A stretch of 64,000 nt of DNA, from assembly GCA_963777955.1 (NCBI GenBank), contig CAVZSQ010000003.1, positions 1 through 64,000 of the forward strand, read 5' to 3'. Source of the DNA: Calditrichia bacterium. GTDB lineage: Bacteria; Calditrichota; Calditrichia; JAJRVZ01. A program made the position numbers and the translations under genes. This document shows, piece by piece, positions 19,787 through 33,133 of the stretch. Positions within the stretch are counted from its first letter, which is position 1. Every line of letters begins with the position of its first letter. The notes below the pieces were generated by a model. That model ran no database searches and had not been told where the DNA came from. It saw only the letters and a list, made by a program, of their open reading frames with translations.

Positions 19787-21255
19787 ATGGCAACCATTCG
19801 TGAACGGATTCGCACAAAACCGTGGCTGGGTTGGGTCCTTTTTGCTGCCACGGTGATAATTGTATTTCTGATCGGCCTGTTCGGCGCGTCGATCATGGAG
19901 CGGCGAGCCGAGGAGGTTCAACTCTTCCAGGTGGTTAAACCCATCGCCCAATGGGAACCGAGGAACGAAGTATGGGGAGAAAACTTCCCGCGGGAATACG
20001 AATCGTATATTGCCACCCACGACACCTCGTTTTCCAGCAAATACGGCGGCTCGCGTATGCGGGACATCCTGCATGATGATCCGCGGGCAGTGATCCTCTG
20101 GGCGGGGTATGCGTTTTCGCGCGATTACAACCAGGCCCGCGGGCATTACTACGCCATCGCTGACATCCGCCAGACGCTGCGAACCGGTGTGCCGCAGCCG
20201 GCAACCTGCTGGACCTGCAAAAGCACCGATGTACCAAGGGTGATGGACAAAATGGGACCGGCTGGTTTTTATAAATCTGCCTGGGCAGACCTGGGGGCGG
20301 AAATCGTCAACCATATCGGCTGCCAGGATTGTCACGACCCTAAGAGCCTGAACCTGCGGATCACCCGTCCCGCACTGGCGGAGGCGTTTCAACGACTGGG
20401 GCAGGATGTAAATAAGGCCACTCATCAGGAGATGCGTTCTTTGGTTTGCGCGCAATGTCATGTCGAATACTATTTTAAAGGCGAACACGATAAGTACCTG
20501 ACCTTCCCCTGGGATGACGGCTTCAGTGCCGATTCCATGGAAGCATATTATGATAATAATCAGCACATTGATTTTGTGCACAAACTGAGCAGAACCCCGG
20601 TCCTAAAAGCGCAGCATCCTGATTATGAGTTATATCGTACCGGTATCCACGCCCAGCGCGGTATCTCCTGCGCCGACTGTCACATGCCCTACCGCAGCGA
20701 AGGGGGTGTAAAATATACTAATCACTGGATGCGCAGTCCGCTGGCCAACATCGCCGGGTCGTGCCAGGTCTGTCACCGCGAATCCGAAGAGGAACTCAAG
20801 AAAAATGTTTATGACCGGCAGGACCGGGTCAAGGAACTGCTGCTGCTGGCCGAGGACGCTCTGGTGCGGGCCCATCTCGAGGCTGAATATGCCTGGAGCA
20901 AAGGTGCTGCGGAAGATGAGATGCAACCGGTGCTGACCCTGGTCCGTCATGCCCAGTGGCGCTGGGACTGGGTCGCCGCGGCTAATGCAGTCGGATTCCA
21001 TTCGCCCGCCGAAGCGTTGCGCACGCTCGGTACGTCAATTCAAAAATCACAGGAAGCGCATGCCGAACTCGTACGAATCCTGGCCAGGCATGGGATATTG
21101 GAACCTTATAATTTGCCGGATGTCTCTACCAAAAAGAAAGCGCAGCAGTATGTCGGACTGGATATGATCCAGGCCGTGAGGAGAAGGAAAGATTTTTAAA
21201 GGAAGTTGTTCCAGTCTGGGATGAAAAAGCGATGGAGCGAGAGGCAAGATATTAG
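19787..21255 (+). CDS. nrfA: Ammonia-forming cytochrome c nitrite reductase catalytic subunit (frameshift near 21175)
   Basis: CWTCK plus four CxxCH; KAQHPDYE; AQWRWD. Confidence 0.95.
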
Positions 21256-21292
21256 GTGTGATTTCGATAATGAATAAATTCTTTAAAATAAT

Positions 21293-21510
21293 CAATCCCG
21301 CAGGGATTGGATGAAAATAGCGCGGCATTTTAATGCCGGGATTGGCAAATCAGAAAATGTCATACCGTCCCGTACGGGACGGGTGATAAAAATGTGTGCG
21401 TTATCCCCGGCGATAAATCGCCGGGCTATTGTCAATTGTCCCGGAGGGACAAAATATTTGTAGAAATAAATAATTCCCTATAATTTGTACCGTCCCGTTA
21501 GGGACGGAAT
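21293..21510. repeat. Cluster of REP-like palindromes
   Basis: ATCCCGCAGGGAT, CCGTCCCGTACGGGACGG, CCCGGCGATAAATCGCCGGG, TGTCCCGGAGGGACA, CCGTCCCGTTAGGGACGG. Confidence 0.8.
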
Positions 21511-21534
21511 GAGTTTTTATTTGAGAGTCGACAG

Positions 21535-22027
21535 GTGATAAGATCAATCATATTTGCACTATTACTATGTCTGATTGTTGGCTGTACTGAAAAACTCATT
21601 CTGCCCGATGGTTATCGTATGCCTTCAGATAAAGAGTTGTCCAATGCTTCCAGAAATTCTGATAAAAACAGATTTGCCTTTTTTTCAGCAGATTTGAATG
21701 GTGACGAATATATCGATAAAGCAATCCTGGCTATTGATTCCGCTGAAACAGAATTAGCTATATTTGTTCTTTGGAGTAGTGGAAGATAGAGATAAATCTG
21801 AATGGTACAAAATTGAATCCCTGCCCTATAGTTCGATTATAAATACGGGTATTCAAAAGGTTAATGCGGGAACAATAAAATATTATCCTGATGACCAGGA
21901 TGAGCAAAAGCAAGAAATTACATTAATAAACGATTCGATTAATCTATTCTATTTTGAAGGACCAGGTTCAGTTTTTTATTTTGATAACAAAAGTAATCAA
22001 TTTGAACAGGTCTGGATTTCACAATGA
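21535..22027 (+). CDS. Hypothetical lipoprotein (frameshift near 21770)
   Basis: LIVGC signal; ADLNGD motif; continues to QVWISQ. Confidence 0.65.
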
Positions 22028-22434
22028 AAAAAGGTTTCAAATATATCCGAATTACTTTGCTAGTTTTTTGGTCGATTATTGGTCTCATTTTATTCATATT
22101 TTCAATAATGTTAATGTTGAATCACTATTTTCAATTTATTCCGGATAAAATTTCGGTAGAATTCGAAATGAGTATCATGTACTCTTCAATATCATTGATT
22201 TTCAGTATTTTCTTATTGCTCCTGGCTTATGGACTTCTAAAATATAAAAAATGGTTTATTGTTTTACTATGGTTGACGTTTTTCCTTTATATAATCCCTG
22301 TATTAAGTGAATTTACCTTTAAAAGCTATTTAAAAAACGTATTTGAAGATACGTTATTTATATTACTTGGCATACTATTCCCATGTATTATTTGTATCTA
22401 TTTAACTGTAAATAATGAATTATTCAAAGCATGA
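22024..22434 (+). CDS. Hypothetical membrane protein
   Basis: Four hydrophobic segments; ATGA overlap with the upstream gene. Confidence 0.7.
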   Translation: MKKGFKYIRITLLVFWSIIGLILFIFSIMLMLNHYFQFIPDKISVEFEMSIMYSSISLIFSIFLLLLAYGLLKYKKWFIVLLWLTFFLYIIPVLSEFTFKSYLKNVFEDTLFILLGILFPCIICIYLTVNNELFKA

Positions 22435-22559
22435 AGATATGACACATTCAAAATGTTGGCGTGATACTGATTAAGTGGGATTATGTAATATATTGGCATG
22501 CGATTATTAAATGTATATGTTAGACAATCTGATAAGATTTAAATTTTGTCAGTTTTTTA

Positions 22560-22770
22560 TTCGCGAATTTATGTTTGAGTCCCGACGTAGGCGGGACGAG
22601 TTTAAATTCGCGAAGGGCTTTTTGCCTACTTTTTGGCCAGACAAAAAGTAGGTCGCCGAAGGCGATATAAAATAAATATTTTGTCTCGATTATCCCTGTT
22701 AGGATAGTATGATATTCTAATTCACAAATATAGCAAGTTATGGCCGGGCATCAATCGTCCCTGCGGGACA
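22560..22770. repeat. Palindrome-rich intergenic element (REP/MITE-like)
   Basis: TTCGCGAATTTA...TAAATTCGCGAA enclosing GTCCCG..CGGGAC; CCTACTTTTTG/CAAAAAGTAGG; GTCCCTGCGGGAC. Confidence 0.7.
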
Positions 22771-22813
22771 GAAATATTATCTCAGATAGACACAGTTTTC
22801 AAATTTGTTAAAT

Positions 22814-23983
22814 ATGAATAAAATGAATTCAAATTTAAAAACAGGTATACGAATTTTAAACGGTGTTGCTATTTTCACCGGTATCATTGCTCTGTTCATG
22901 CTGGGTACCGGCAACTGGGGAGCGTTTTTCGGTACCCTGATAATCAGTTTGGGTTTTTGCGGATTTGCCTGGGCCGGGCAACGTTTGTTTTCAGGTGATG
23001 ATAACCCTAACCCGCGACAGGGGGTCAGTCAGATAATCGCTGTTATATTCGGCGGTGCCGGCGGGATGATGCTGATCGGCAGCGTCTGGTTACTGGTGGA
23101 GGGGGAATTCGGCGGATTCATCGGGCTGGGCATATTCGGACTGGTTTTCTGTGCGGTAGCCTATTTCGGTTCGCGCCTTTTCGCCATGCCCAAAGGTATG
23201 AAGGAAATTCAGGTCGGTACGGCCAGCAGGGAAATCGGTGGAGTACTGGGACAATCGGGCCAACTCAGCGAAACCAGTTTTATGTATGTCGATGAAAAAA
23301 TGCCGGAGATCGAGATTAAAAAGATGCAGCAAAAATGGGCCGAGCAGCCCTGGACCCAGCGCGATGATTGGGCTCAGGGTAAAGTGGTTCAGCAAGGACC
23401 GGGCAGTATCCGCCTGCTGATCGGTTTTACGGTAATATGGAATATAATTGCCTGCGGTATTGCCGGATTCGGAATATGGAGCGAATGGGGCCAGCCTGAC
23501 TTCCCCTGGTTTTTGTTTATTTTTCCGCTTGTCGGACTCGCCCTGGTGATCTGGACCGTACTTACCTGGATTCGCCGGCGAAAATTCGGAATCAGTATTT
23601 TCGATTTGAAAACCGTTCCGTTTTACCTGGGTGATTGGCTGCGCGGTACTGTGCATACCGGCGTCCCGGTTCGCAATGAACCGGCCAAAGAATTCAAAGT
23701 ACGGCTGATTTGCGCTAAGCGGACTTCGGTACTCGACTCGGAAGGGGAGCGCCGGGTTTCTGAGAAGAATATCTGGAGCACGGAACAAATAGTTTATGGC
23801 AGTATTGCTGCCGACTCTGATACTTTCGACGTCCCCATCAATCTGGCCATACCCGGACATCTGCCGCCTACGGCTTTACAACCAGAAGATGATCGGAATC
23901 TGTGGCGCCTGGAAATCTCTGCGGCAGCCAGAGGGGTGGATTACGCCGCGCAATTTGAAGTCCCGGTGTACAATAAGGATTAA
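22814..23983 (+). CDS. Hypothetical multi-pass membrane protein with C-terminal soluble beta domain
   Basis: Six hydrophobic segments; PWTQRDDWAQG and WRLEISA...GVDYAAQFEVPV. Confidence 0.75.
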   Translation: MNKMNSNLKTGIRILNGVAIFTGIIALFMLGTGNWGAFFGTLIISLGFCGFAWAGQRLFSGDDNPNPRQGVSQIIAVIFGGAGGMMLIGSVWLLVEGEFGGFIGLGIFGLVFCAVAYFGSRLFAMPKGMKEIQVGTASREIGGVLGQSGQLSETSFMYVDEKMPEIEIKKMQQKWAEQPWTQRDDWAQGKVVQQGPGSIRLLIGFTVIWNIIACGIAGFGIWSEWGQPDFPWFLFIFPLVGLALVIWTVLTWIRRRKFGISIFDLKTVPFYLGDWLRGTVHTGVPVRNEPAKEFKVRLICAKRTSVLDSEGERRVSEKNIWSTEQIVYGSIAADSDTFDVPINLAIPGHLPPTALQPEDDRNLWRLEISAAARGVDYAAQFEVPVYNKD

Positions 23984-24000
23984 GTGGAGGAATCAAAATT

Positions 24001-24351
24001 ATGATGGGATTTAAAGTAATCATTTCTTTAGTCTCGATCATTTTATTGTTTTTTTCATGTAAGGGAAAACCTACTGAAGCAGATACAGCAGACTTAATGA
24101 TATTCGTTGTTGATAATGACTCCCAGGAAACTCCGATTGCCGATGTCGAAATTATTATTACTCCCGGAAACATCACAAAAAAGACTGACTCGAAAGGATT
24201 GTGCCGGTTCGAACTAAGTCCCGGCGATTACTATGTGGATGCCAGGGTATGTTGTATCGGCCCTGGCTGGATCCAGTACCATGAACCGGTAAACATTTTG
24301 ATAAATGAAAGTAAAATACTAAAACTGCATGGTTGTCTGGCGTGTTTATGA
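24001..24351 (+). CDS. Lipoprotein with carboxypeptidase-regulatory-like Ig fold
   Basis: FFSC signal; TPIADVEI...KTDSKG...L.PGDY. Confidence 0.7.
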   Translation: MMGFKVIISLVSIILLFFSCKGKPTEADTADLMIFVVDNDSQETPIADVEIIITPGNITKKTDSKGLCRFELSPGDYYVDARVCCIGPGWIQYHEPVNILINESKILKLHGCLACL

Positions 24352-24596
24352 GGGCATATTTGCAGACGTTACAGAAACTTAATGAACGCAATGCCGAGTT
24401 CGATCATATTCTTCCCGGGCATGGGGATGTTCTGGATAAGTCTTTTATAAATGATCAGATAGTTTGTGCGCAGAAGATCATCAGCGGCGAGTGCTAAAGG
24501 TGAAATAGTACGAATCTTTTGCCGGTTCGGCCTTGAAATGTACATACCAGACGGGCCAGCATTGCTTATAATCCGGATAATATTCATATAAAATGA
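24352..24596 (+). pseudogene. 3' remnant of an MBL-fold metallo-hydrolase
   Basis: Reads YLQTLQKLNERNAEFDHILPGHGDVLD...IAYNPDNIHIK with no start codon. Confidence 0.6.
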
Positions 24597-24621
24597 TAGT
24601 GATTATAGAAAGGGATAACAT

Positions 24622-25470
24622 ATGATAAAAAAAATGATATTACTTCCATTGATAGTCATTTTTGAAATGGCTTGTTCATCAAATGGTACAGATGCTAAAC
24701 CCCAAGTTATGCGTATTATGAAGTATGATGAAGTAGCCTTACCAAATGAGGAGGTGCGAGTCGGGAACAATGCTTCACTGCCGCGTATGGTAATAAAGAA
24801 TGGCTCATTATCGTTAAGGGTAAATAACTATCAGACTTCATTTGAACAGGTCAAAACAATAGTTCTGCAGGAGCAAGGATTTATCGTCTCTACACAAGTC
24901 GACCAGGATGAGGATAAGGCCACCGGGGCGAATCTAATTATAAAAGTACCATCCGCCCGTTTTGATACAACCATGAGTAAATTAAAATCCATTGCCGATC
25001 GCATTGAGAATGAATCCATCAGCGGAAATGATGTCACCGAAGAATTTTATGATCTTCAAGCTCGTCTGGTTAACAAACGCAAGGTGGAGCAGAGGTTTCA
25101 GGAAATTCTTAAGACCGCCAAAACCACCAAAGAAATTTTAGAGGTCGAACAGGCTTGGGAGAAATCCGTGAAGAGATTGAACGGATGGAAGGACGCAGTC
25201 GTTTTCTTTCTAGATCAGGTTAATCTTTCAACTATAGATTTGAAGATTTATGAAACTGATTATGGTTATTATTATGGCGATCGTACTTTCTTTGCAAAAA
25301 TCGTTCAAGGATTTAAGAAAGGCTGACCGGTTTTGGTGATGTGTTGAGTGTACTGATCGATATCTGGTAATCGCCACAATCCCCATTTGGATTCTTCTGG
25401 CATTACTAATATTTATTATCCTAAAAGTATTCAAGCGTTACAAATCAAAAAGGAAATGAAAATGCATAAA
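24622..25470 (+). CDS. DUF4349 domain lipoprotein (frameshifted)
   Basis: RMVIKNGSLSL, KVPSARFD, DVTEEFYDLQARL; C-terminal TM in a shifted frame. Confidence 0.82.
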
Positions 25471-26158
25471 CCCCACTTTGAAATTCACTATGCGGAGACG
25501 AATCGGCTGGCTGCGCGCGGCGGTGCTGGGCGCCAATGACGGTATCGTATCAACGGCCAGTCTGGTGGTTGGTGTGGCTGCCGCCCAGACTTCGCACAGC
25601 GGCGTACTGGTCGCCGGGGTGGCCGGACTGGTGGCCGGTGCCATGTCGATGGCCGCCGGAGAGTATGTGTCGGTCAGTTCCCAGGCCGATACCGAAAAAG
25701 CCGACCTGGCACGTGAAGGCAAGGAACTGGAAACCGACTGGGCAGCCGAACATGCAGAACTTACGAATATTTATGTTAATAGAGGTCTTGAACCGCAACT
25801 GGCCGGACAGGTGGCCGAGCAACTGATGGCCAAAGATGCGCTGACGGCTCATGCCCGGGATGAGCTGGGGTTGTCGGAGACGCACAGCGCCCGGCCGATC
25901 CAGGCGGCCATGGCTTCGGCTGCAACCTTCGCTGTCGGCGCGGCCCTGCCGTTGCTGATCACTCTGATCAGTCCTTTAACGATGGTTATCCCTTTTGTGG
26001 TCGGCAGTTCCCTGGTCTTCCTGGCCCTGATGGGCGGTTTGGCTGCCTGGATGGGGGGTGCAAAACTGGTGGTGGGGACTGTGCGGGTGACTTTCTGGGG
26101 AGCCCTGGCTATGGGGCTCACCGCTGCCGTGGGAGCACTCTTTGGTACGGTTGCCTGA
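25462..26158 (+). CDS. VIT1/CCC1 family Fe/Mn transporter
   Basis: WLRAAVLGANDGIVS, AMSMAAGEYVSVSSQ, HARDELG. Confidence 0.93.
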
Positions 26159-26234
26159 AGCAATCCTGAACAGAGTACAATATAAACTGGATTTAAAGTA
26201 CTCTTTAATACAGAAATATCAGAGGTAATGAAAA

Positions 26235-27838
<1,604 letters not shown>

Positions 27839-27874
27839 AATAATATTCAGGGGCCCTCCTTTGATGATCTGGAT

Positions 27875-28981
27875 TTGTATTATTCGACGAATCAGGGATC
27901 TGGCTGGGCACAACCAAAACTTATATATGACAGCAGAACGATATCACTATCACCCCAATTATATATTTCTGATAATGACACCATTTATATCGTATGGCTT
28001 AATGAGTATAACAACTGGACAAATTATACCGGAGATGTTTACTGGGGTAAAATTATAAATGGAGAAGTAAAAGATACGGTCAATATCAGCCGTAAAAACC
28101 AGGGAGGATTTTACATCTCTTTTTTCCCCGATATGAATAACAAAATGAATATATTCTGGGAAACCTTCACTGGTTTTTATCCGACTCAATATCACTCAGT
28201 AAAAACGGATACAGGCTGGTCAAACCCGGATAGTATTGGAAATGGAAATGTTACCCAGGTAAAAATTGACCGGAATGGAATAATTCATATGATTTATTAT
28301 TATATAGCAGATGTGGGTTCCCCTGATATTTATTACAGAAAGTATGAAAACAAAGAGGAAAATAATTATCATCTACTGTGGATTATGACGAAGATTTTAT
28401 CAAAGAATTCTATACATGATACGACTAAATGGCCTGGCATTGAATTATCAGTATCTCCAACTGTAATGATAATCTGATTTTGCAAAAAATATCGATATCA
28501 CAATTCAAGGGGGTGATGATGCGATTGATATTACGTATGTAACTGCTGATGATAAAGATTATGGACTAATCCGATTCAATCATAATCGTATTCTGGCACC
28601 TCCCTGATATCGTGTCTGATAATTGTATGATAAAAATAAAAGCAACCGATAGTTGGCTTAATGAACAATCGGCTACAACTTCTCCTTTTAGAATCACAAA
28701 TTATGGAATCCCCAAAAAATTTTACTTGCATCAAAACTATCCGAATCCCTTTAATGCCGGGACGACCATCACTTATGAAATACCTCATACTGGCTTCGTG
28801 AATTTAACCATATACGATATTTTGGGAAGAAAGATAACTACTATGGTGAATGAAATTCGAAGCGGCCAATTACTACACTCTTAAAGTTGAGTCAACGAAT
28901 TTAGCAGGAGGTATTTATTTCTATACTCTACGTTTAAATAATGATTTTGCCAAGACCAGAAAGATGTTATATCTGCCTTGA
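27875..28981 (+). pseudogene. 5'-truncated or fragmented secreted protein with C-terminal sorting domain
   Basis: No signal peptide; beta-propeller-like segments; HQNYPNPFNAGT and KTRKMLYLP end in shifted frames. Confidence 0.55.
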
Positions 28982-29184
28982 AATTACATATCATTGGATG
29001 GGCAACTGTGTCTGATCAAAAACTACGCATAAACTGCAAATGATGATAAAGTTAAGACAGCCCTGCAGCGGAGGCCAATGATCCCACTCCACTCGTAATG
29101 GCAATTGATGTCGAATCGAAATGTGTCAAAGCATTAAACGATAACAGGTATCTGTTTTTAGATAAGAGTTATGGTAATAATTAA
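28974..29184 (+). pseudogene. Decayed second copy of the carboxylesterase 3' end
   Basis: 29065-29184 aligns without gaps to 27719-27838 (29 mismatches in 120 nt by hand count); the upstream part matches about 27562-27640 with an in-frame stop. Confidence 0.85.
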
Positions 29185-30275
29185 AAAATATGCGATCTCC
29201 ATCCTGATCATTTCGGGATTCATTTTCGGATGTGAGAAGAATCCCTCCGGCGGAACAGACTCAAGTTACTTCAGCTGGAATTCATCCACACCCGGACAAC
29301 AGGGAATGAGTCAGCGAATTCTGGATTCCGCATTCAGGCAGGCTGAACAAGAAGGTTTTATCGATGGGCTGCTGGTGATCAGGAATGGATATATTGTCGG
29401 CGAAGAATACTATAATGGTTATGATAGATTCCGGGCGCATAATATTATGTCCGTATCCAAGAGTTTTTTATCGGCGCTTACCGGGATTGCCCTGGAGCAG
29501 GGTTATATTGACAGCCTGGAAGTAAAAATGCTCAGTTATTTTCCCGAGTATATTTATGCCGGGATGGATTCCAGAAAATACAGTATTACCATCAGGCATT
29601 TACTGACCATGCGCATGGGCATCCGCGGCGAAGCGGAAGATAATTACGGCGTATATCAGGAATTTTACCATTCGGATAACTGGATCAAAAAAACCATTGA
29701 GGCACCGCTGCAATTCAATCCCGGCGAACGAATGGCTTACAACACTTTTCAGACCCACCTGCTCTCGGTCATAATTACCAGGACGACCGGGCAAAGCACC
29801 ATTGATTTTGGCAGGCAATTCTTATTCAGCCCGATGGGCATCGATGTCGATTTCTGGGAACAGGATCCGCAGGGTTATTATTTTGGCGGGAATTCCATGT
29901 ATTTCACCCCGCGGGAAATGGCCGTACTGGGTTATCTGTATCTGAATAACGGCATGATAAACGGGGAGCAAATAGTTCCGGAAGCATGGGTGGCCCTGAC
30001 CCTTTCTCCCAGTACAAACTTAACTCATCCCAATGAATGGGGAGCTTACAAGAATTATAACTATGCCCATCTGTGGTGGCTTGGGCAGATAAATGACTAT
30101 GATCTGTTCATGGGCTATGGTTATGGTGGTCAGTTAGTGGTGGTTTTCCCTGGATTTGAATTTAATAGTTGTTTCTACGGCTAAACATAATGTAGATGCG
30201 GAGACCTCGACAGTTCAGGAATGGGCTATATTCGATATAATAGACAGATATATATTAGAATCCATCAGTAATTGA
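29171..30275 (+). CDS. Beta-lactamase-family serine hydrolase lipoprotein (3' frameshift)
   Basis: IFGC signal; SVSK, LLTMRMG, GYGYGGQ. Confidence 0.88.
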
Positions 30276-30328
30276 AAACTTGTCATTTTTTTAATTTAAA
30301 TATATTTTTGGATAAAGCAGGGGAGGCT

Positions 30329-32125
30329 ATGATGAAACTGTATATCTTTATATTTATCATTTCAATTATTTCAATCCTGCCCGCCGTTAACGGTGAAAGA
30401 AAAATTTCAAAAACGAATCAAGCCAGTCCCGGAGGTTCTGATTATTCAATAATTAATGTCAGCAATTTTTCAAGTTACATCCTCAGCAATGGTATTGGCA
30501 GCAATCATCCTTTGTCTGAAGACGCCGGGGCATTTTATCCACGGGGCACTGCTGGTGTCGTATATTCCGACGGATTAGTCTGGGCAGGTCTGGTTATTGG
30601 CGATCCGACGGATTCCGGGCCGTCGCTGCGAGTGGGTGGTCAAATTTATTACAGCAGTACCGCAGCTGGTTGGGTCGAAAATGGCAGGCCGGTCTCTCCG
30701 TCCGATCCCAGGGCCCGTGTGTACAGAATTCGTGATGACTGGCAATCATTATCGCAGGACGAACTTAAACGGGAGGCAGCCGATATTTTCGGAATTGAAA
30801 TCGACAGTGTCAATTCTGAACAGACTACAGTCATTTACAATAAATATGCAGAAGATTGGCAAAATTGGCCGGTGGAACTGGGTGCACCCTTCGTGGACCA
30901 GAATGAAAACGGAAAATGGGATGGTTCCGGCATTGACAGACCCGGATTGCCGCTTTCCGGTCAGGTAATTTATTTTATAATGAATGACTTTAGTGACTCG
31001 CTGACCACCCGCTTTCTGGGCTCCCGGCCACTGGGTCTGGAAATCCATGTTTTGATCTATGCTTATAATAACACGGGTTCTGTTTACGGACAATGTTACT
31101 TTAAACATTATAGAATAATTAACAAATCAGACTATTTAATCGATTCACTCTATCTAGGTCATTTCGCCGATACCGATATCGGATATTTTGCGGATGATTA
31201 TTGCGGATGCGACCCGGAAAATAATCTGGCTTTTGCCTACAATTCCCAGGCAACTGATATATGGTTTGAGGTATACGGTTTACCCCCCTCCGCCGTTGGA
31301 AATAAATTGTTACTGGGTCCTGTGGTTCCGTCAGCGGGCGACACTGCTGTCTTAAATTTTCAGCTGCTTCACGGTTACAGGAATTTACCAATGACTGCAT
31401 TCAATTTTGAAAATCCAGGATCAGCAAAGACGTATCCTTATACAGGTGAGAGCGATTACAATAGTTCCCTGATATGGTATAATATATTAAGAGGTTATAT
31501 GCCGACTTCTGATATTGATAATCCTACTCCGCAGTATTATGGCGGTGGTTCCAGTGGTACGCCGACTAAATTCCCTTTGTCCGGCAATCCATTTACCATG
31601 GTCGGTGATTTGGATGGTCAAGGTGAAAATTACCAGGCAGGGGAACGGCGTATAGTTTTAGCCAGCGGACCCTGCAGTCTTGCACCGGGAGGATCTCAGG
31701 AATTTCATATTGCGGTCATTGGCGGCAACCTTGACAATCAGCTGGCATCATATGAAACTATGGTTATGAATAGTTCTTATATAACCGGCGGTCCGATGAA
31801 TGTATCTTTTGCTGATGATACTCTTTCAGCAATTGACAGCCCTGGTACCGGCTGTAGCCCCAAAAATCCGGAATTGAAACAAAATTATCCCAATCCTTTT
31901 AATCCTTCAACCACAATCGAGTTTTACCTGCCGCAATCCGAATTTGCATCATTAAAAATATATAATGTTCTGGGTGAGGAGGTCGTCGGTCTTGTCTCAG
32001 AAGAAATGAAGACAGGAACTCACCGTGTAAATTTTGACGGTGGTTCATTTCCCAGTGGCATTTATTTTTATTCTCTTAAAACAAAAAATGTAGAAATATC
32101 AAAAAAAATGATATTGCTCCGTTAG
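30329..32125 (+). CDS. Large secreted protein with C-terminal sorting domain
   Basis: Signal peptide; WPVELGAPFVD, DTDIG...DDYCGCD; QNYPNPFNPST tail. Confidence 0.85.
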   Translation: MMKLYIFIFIISIISILPAVNGERKISKTNQASPGGSDYSIINVSNFSSYILSNGIGSNHPLSEDAGAFYPRGTAGVVYSDGLVWAGLVIGDPTDSGPSLRVGGQIYYSSTAAGWVENGRPVSPSDPRARVYRIRDDWQSLSQDELKREAADIFGIEIDSVNSEQTTVIYNKYAEDWQNWPVELGAPFVDQNENGKWDGSGIDRPGLPLSGQVIYFIMNDFSDSLTTRFLGSRPLGLEIHVLIYAYNNTGSVYGQCYFKHYRIINKSDYLIDSLYLGHFADTDIGYFADDYCGCDPENNLAFAYNSQATDIWFEVYGLPPSAVGNKLLLGPVVPSAGDTAVLNFQLLHGYRNLPMTAFNFENPGSAKTYPYTGESDYNSSLIWYNILRGYMPTSDIDNPTPQYYGGGSSGTPTKFPLSGNPFTMVGDLDGQGENYQAGERRIVLASGPCSLAPGGSQEFHIAVIGGNLDNQLASYETMVMNSSYITGGPMNVSFADDTLSAIDSPGTGCSPKNPELKQNYPNPFNPSTTIEFYLPQSEFASLKIYNVLGEEVVGLVSEEMKTGTHRVNFDGGSFPSGIYFYSLKTKNVEISKKMILLR

Positions 32126-32276
32126 AATTTATCTATATTATTTTGCTGATAGAGATAACCTGCCGGTCGATCTGGTGTTAAACGAATCGGCGGATCATTT
32201 TCACTGATCAGCAGGACAAGTCCCAGGTGCATGTACGCAACTGACAGTTTGCGGTAAGGCATGAAAGGAGTGCATT

Positions 32277-33120
32277 ATGCGGGTAAGAAGTTTGATTATT
32301 TATGTTGTAATGTTCTTTTTGCTTAGTTTTTGATTTCATGTACGGGTCAAGAATTCCCGTGCTGGTACCACTGATAATTTCGCCGATGAGGCATGAACAC
32401 TCAAGTATTCTATAACCTATGATGAAATATTTAAGGACACAGGACATGCCAGATTATTACACAGTACAGGATTTTGATTTGACCGATTCGCTTCCTGTTT
32501 GTGCACCCCATTGCAGCCTATGGACTTTATCAATATGATCTGGTTTCAAAAGAATTAAGAGAATTGGTGCATTATGGTGCCGGGGATTGGATTGCCCACG
32601 ATTCTAACTATGTCTTTTATGAGATGTCAAGTTATGCTATTTACAGATATAATCTTGTTGAGGATACAACCGACTTGAGATTCGATCTGACCGCTTTGGA
32701 TTATACGAATATTAATGGACTTGATGTTTATCAACATATTTTATATGCTTTAATGCATTCCCGGGAGCCCGGAAGTCAATATTTAGCCCTGTTCAGCCTG
32801 GACGGCATCTTGCTTGATACTATTCCCTACCCGCGATTTACGAGTTACATGACCATACATAACGATATTGTTTATGCTCTTCCCTGGAATACATCTAATA
32901 CTTTAAGTTGCTTCACTTAAACACAAAATCCTTTTTGACAGACCAGTCTTTTCCCATTGAAGATGGGAATGGAATAAGAATATTTGAGGATAAATTATAT
33001 TATGCTACCAATTATCAACCGCGTTATATCAGCTATCATGCCGATACCCGAATAGCAGCGGAATTCAAGTCCCACCACACCTGGTATTTTTGTTCACCGG
33101 CAATATTAAAGAACATGTAA
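32277..33120 (+). CDS. Hypothetical beta-propeller-like protein, multiply frameshifted
   Basis: AGGAG RBS and hydrophobic leader; ORF pieces 32501-32920 and 32908-33120. Confidence 0.45.
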
Positions 33121-33133
33121 GGGAGGTCTGAGT

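Noticed and set aside
19151..20581. Long antisense ORFs over nrfH/nrfA (similar ones over 23090-23860, the trp genes and gdh)
   Set aside because: Shadow frames of well-supported genes with no motifs or RBS
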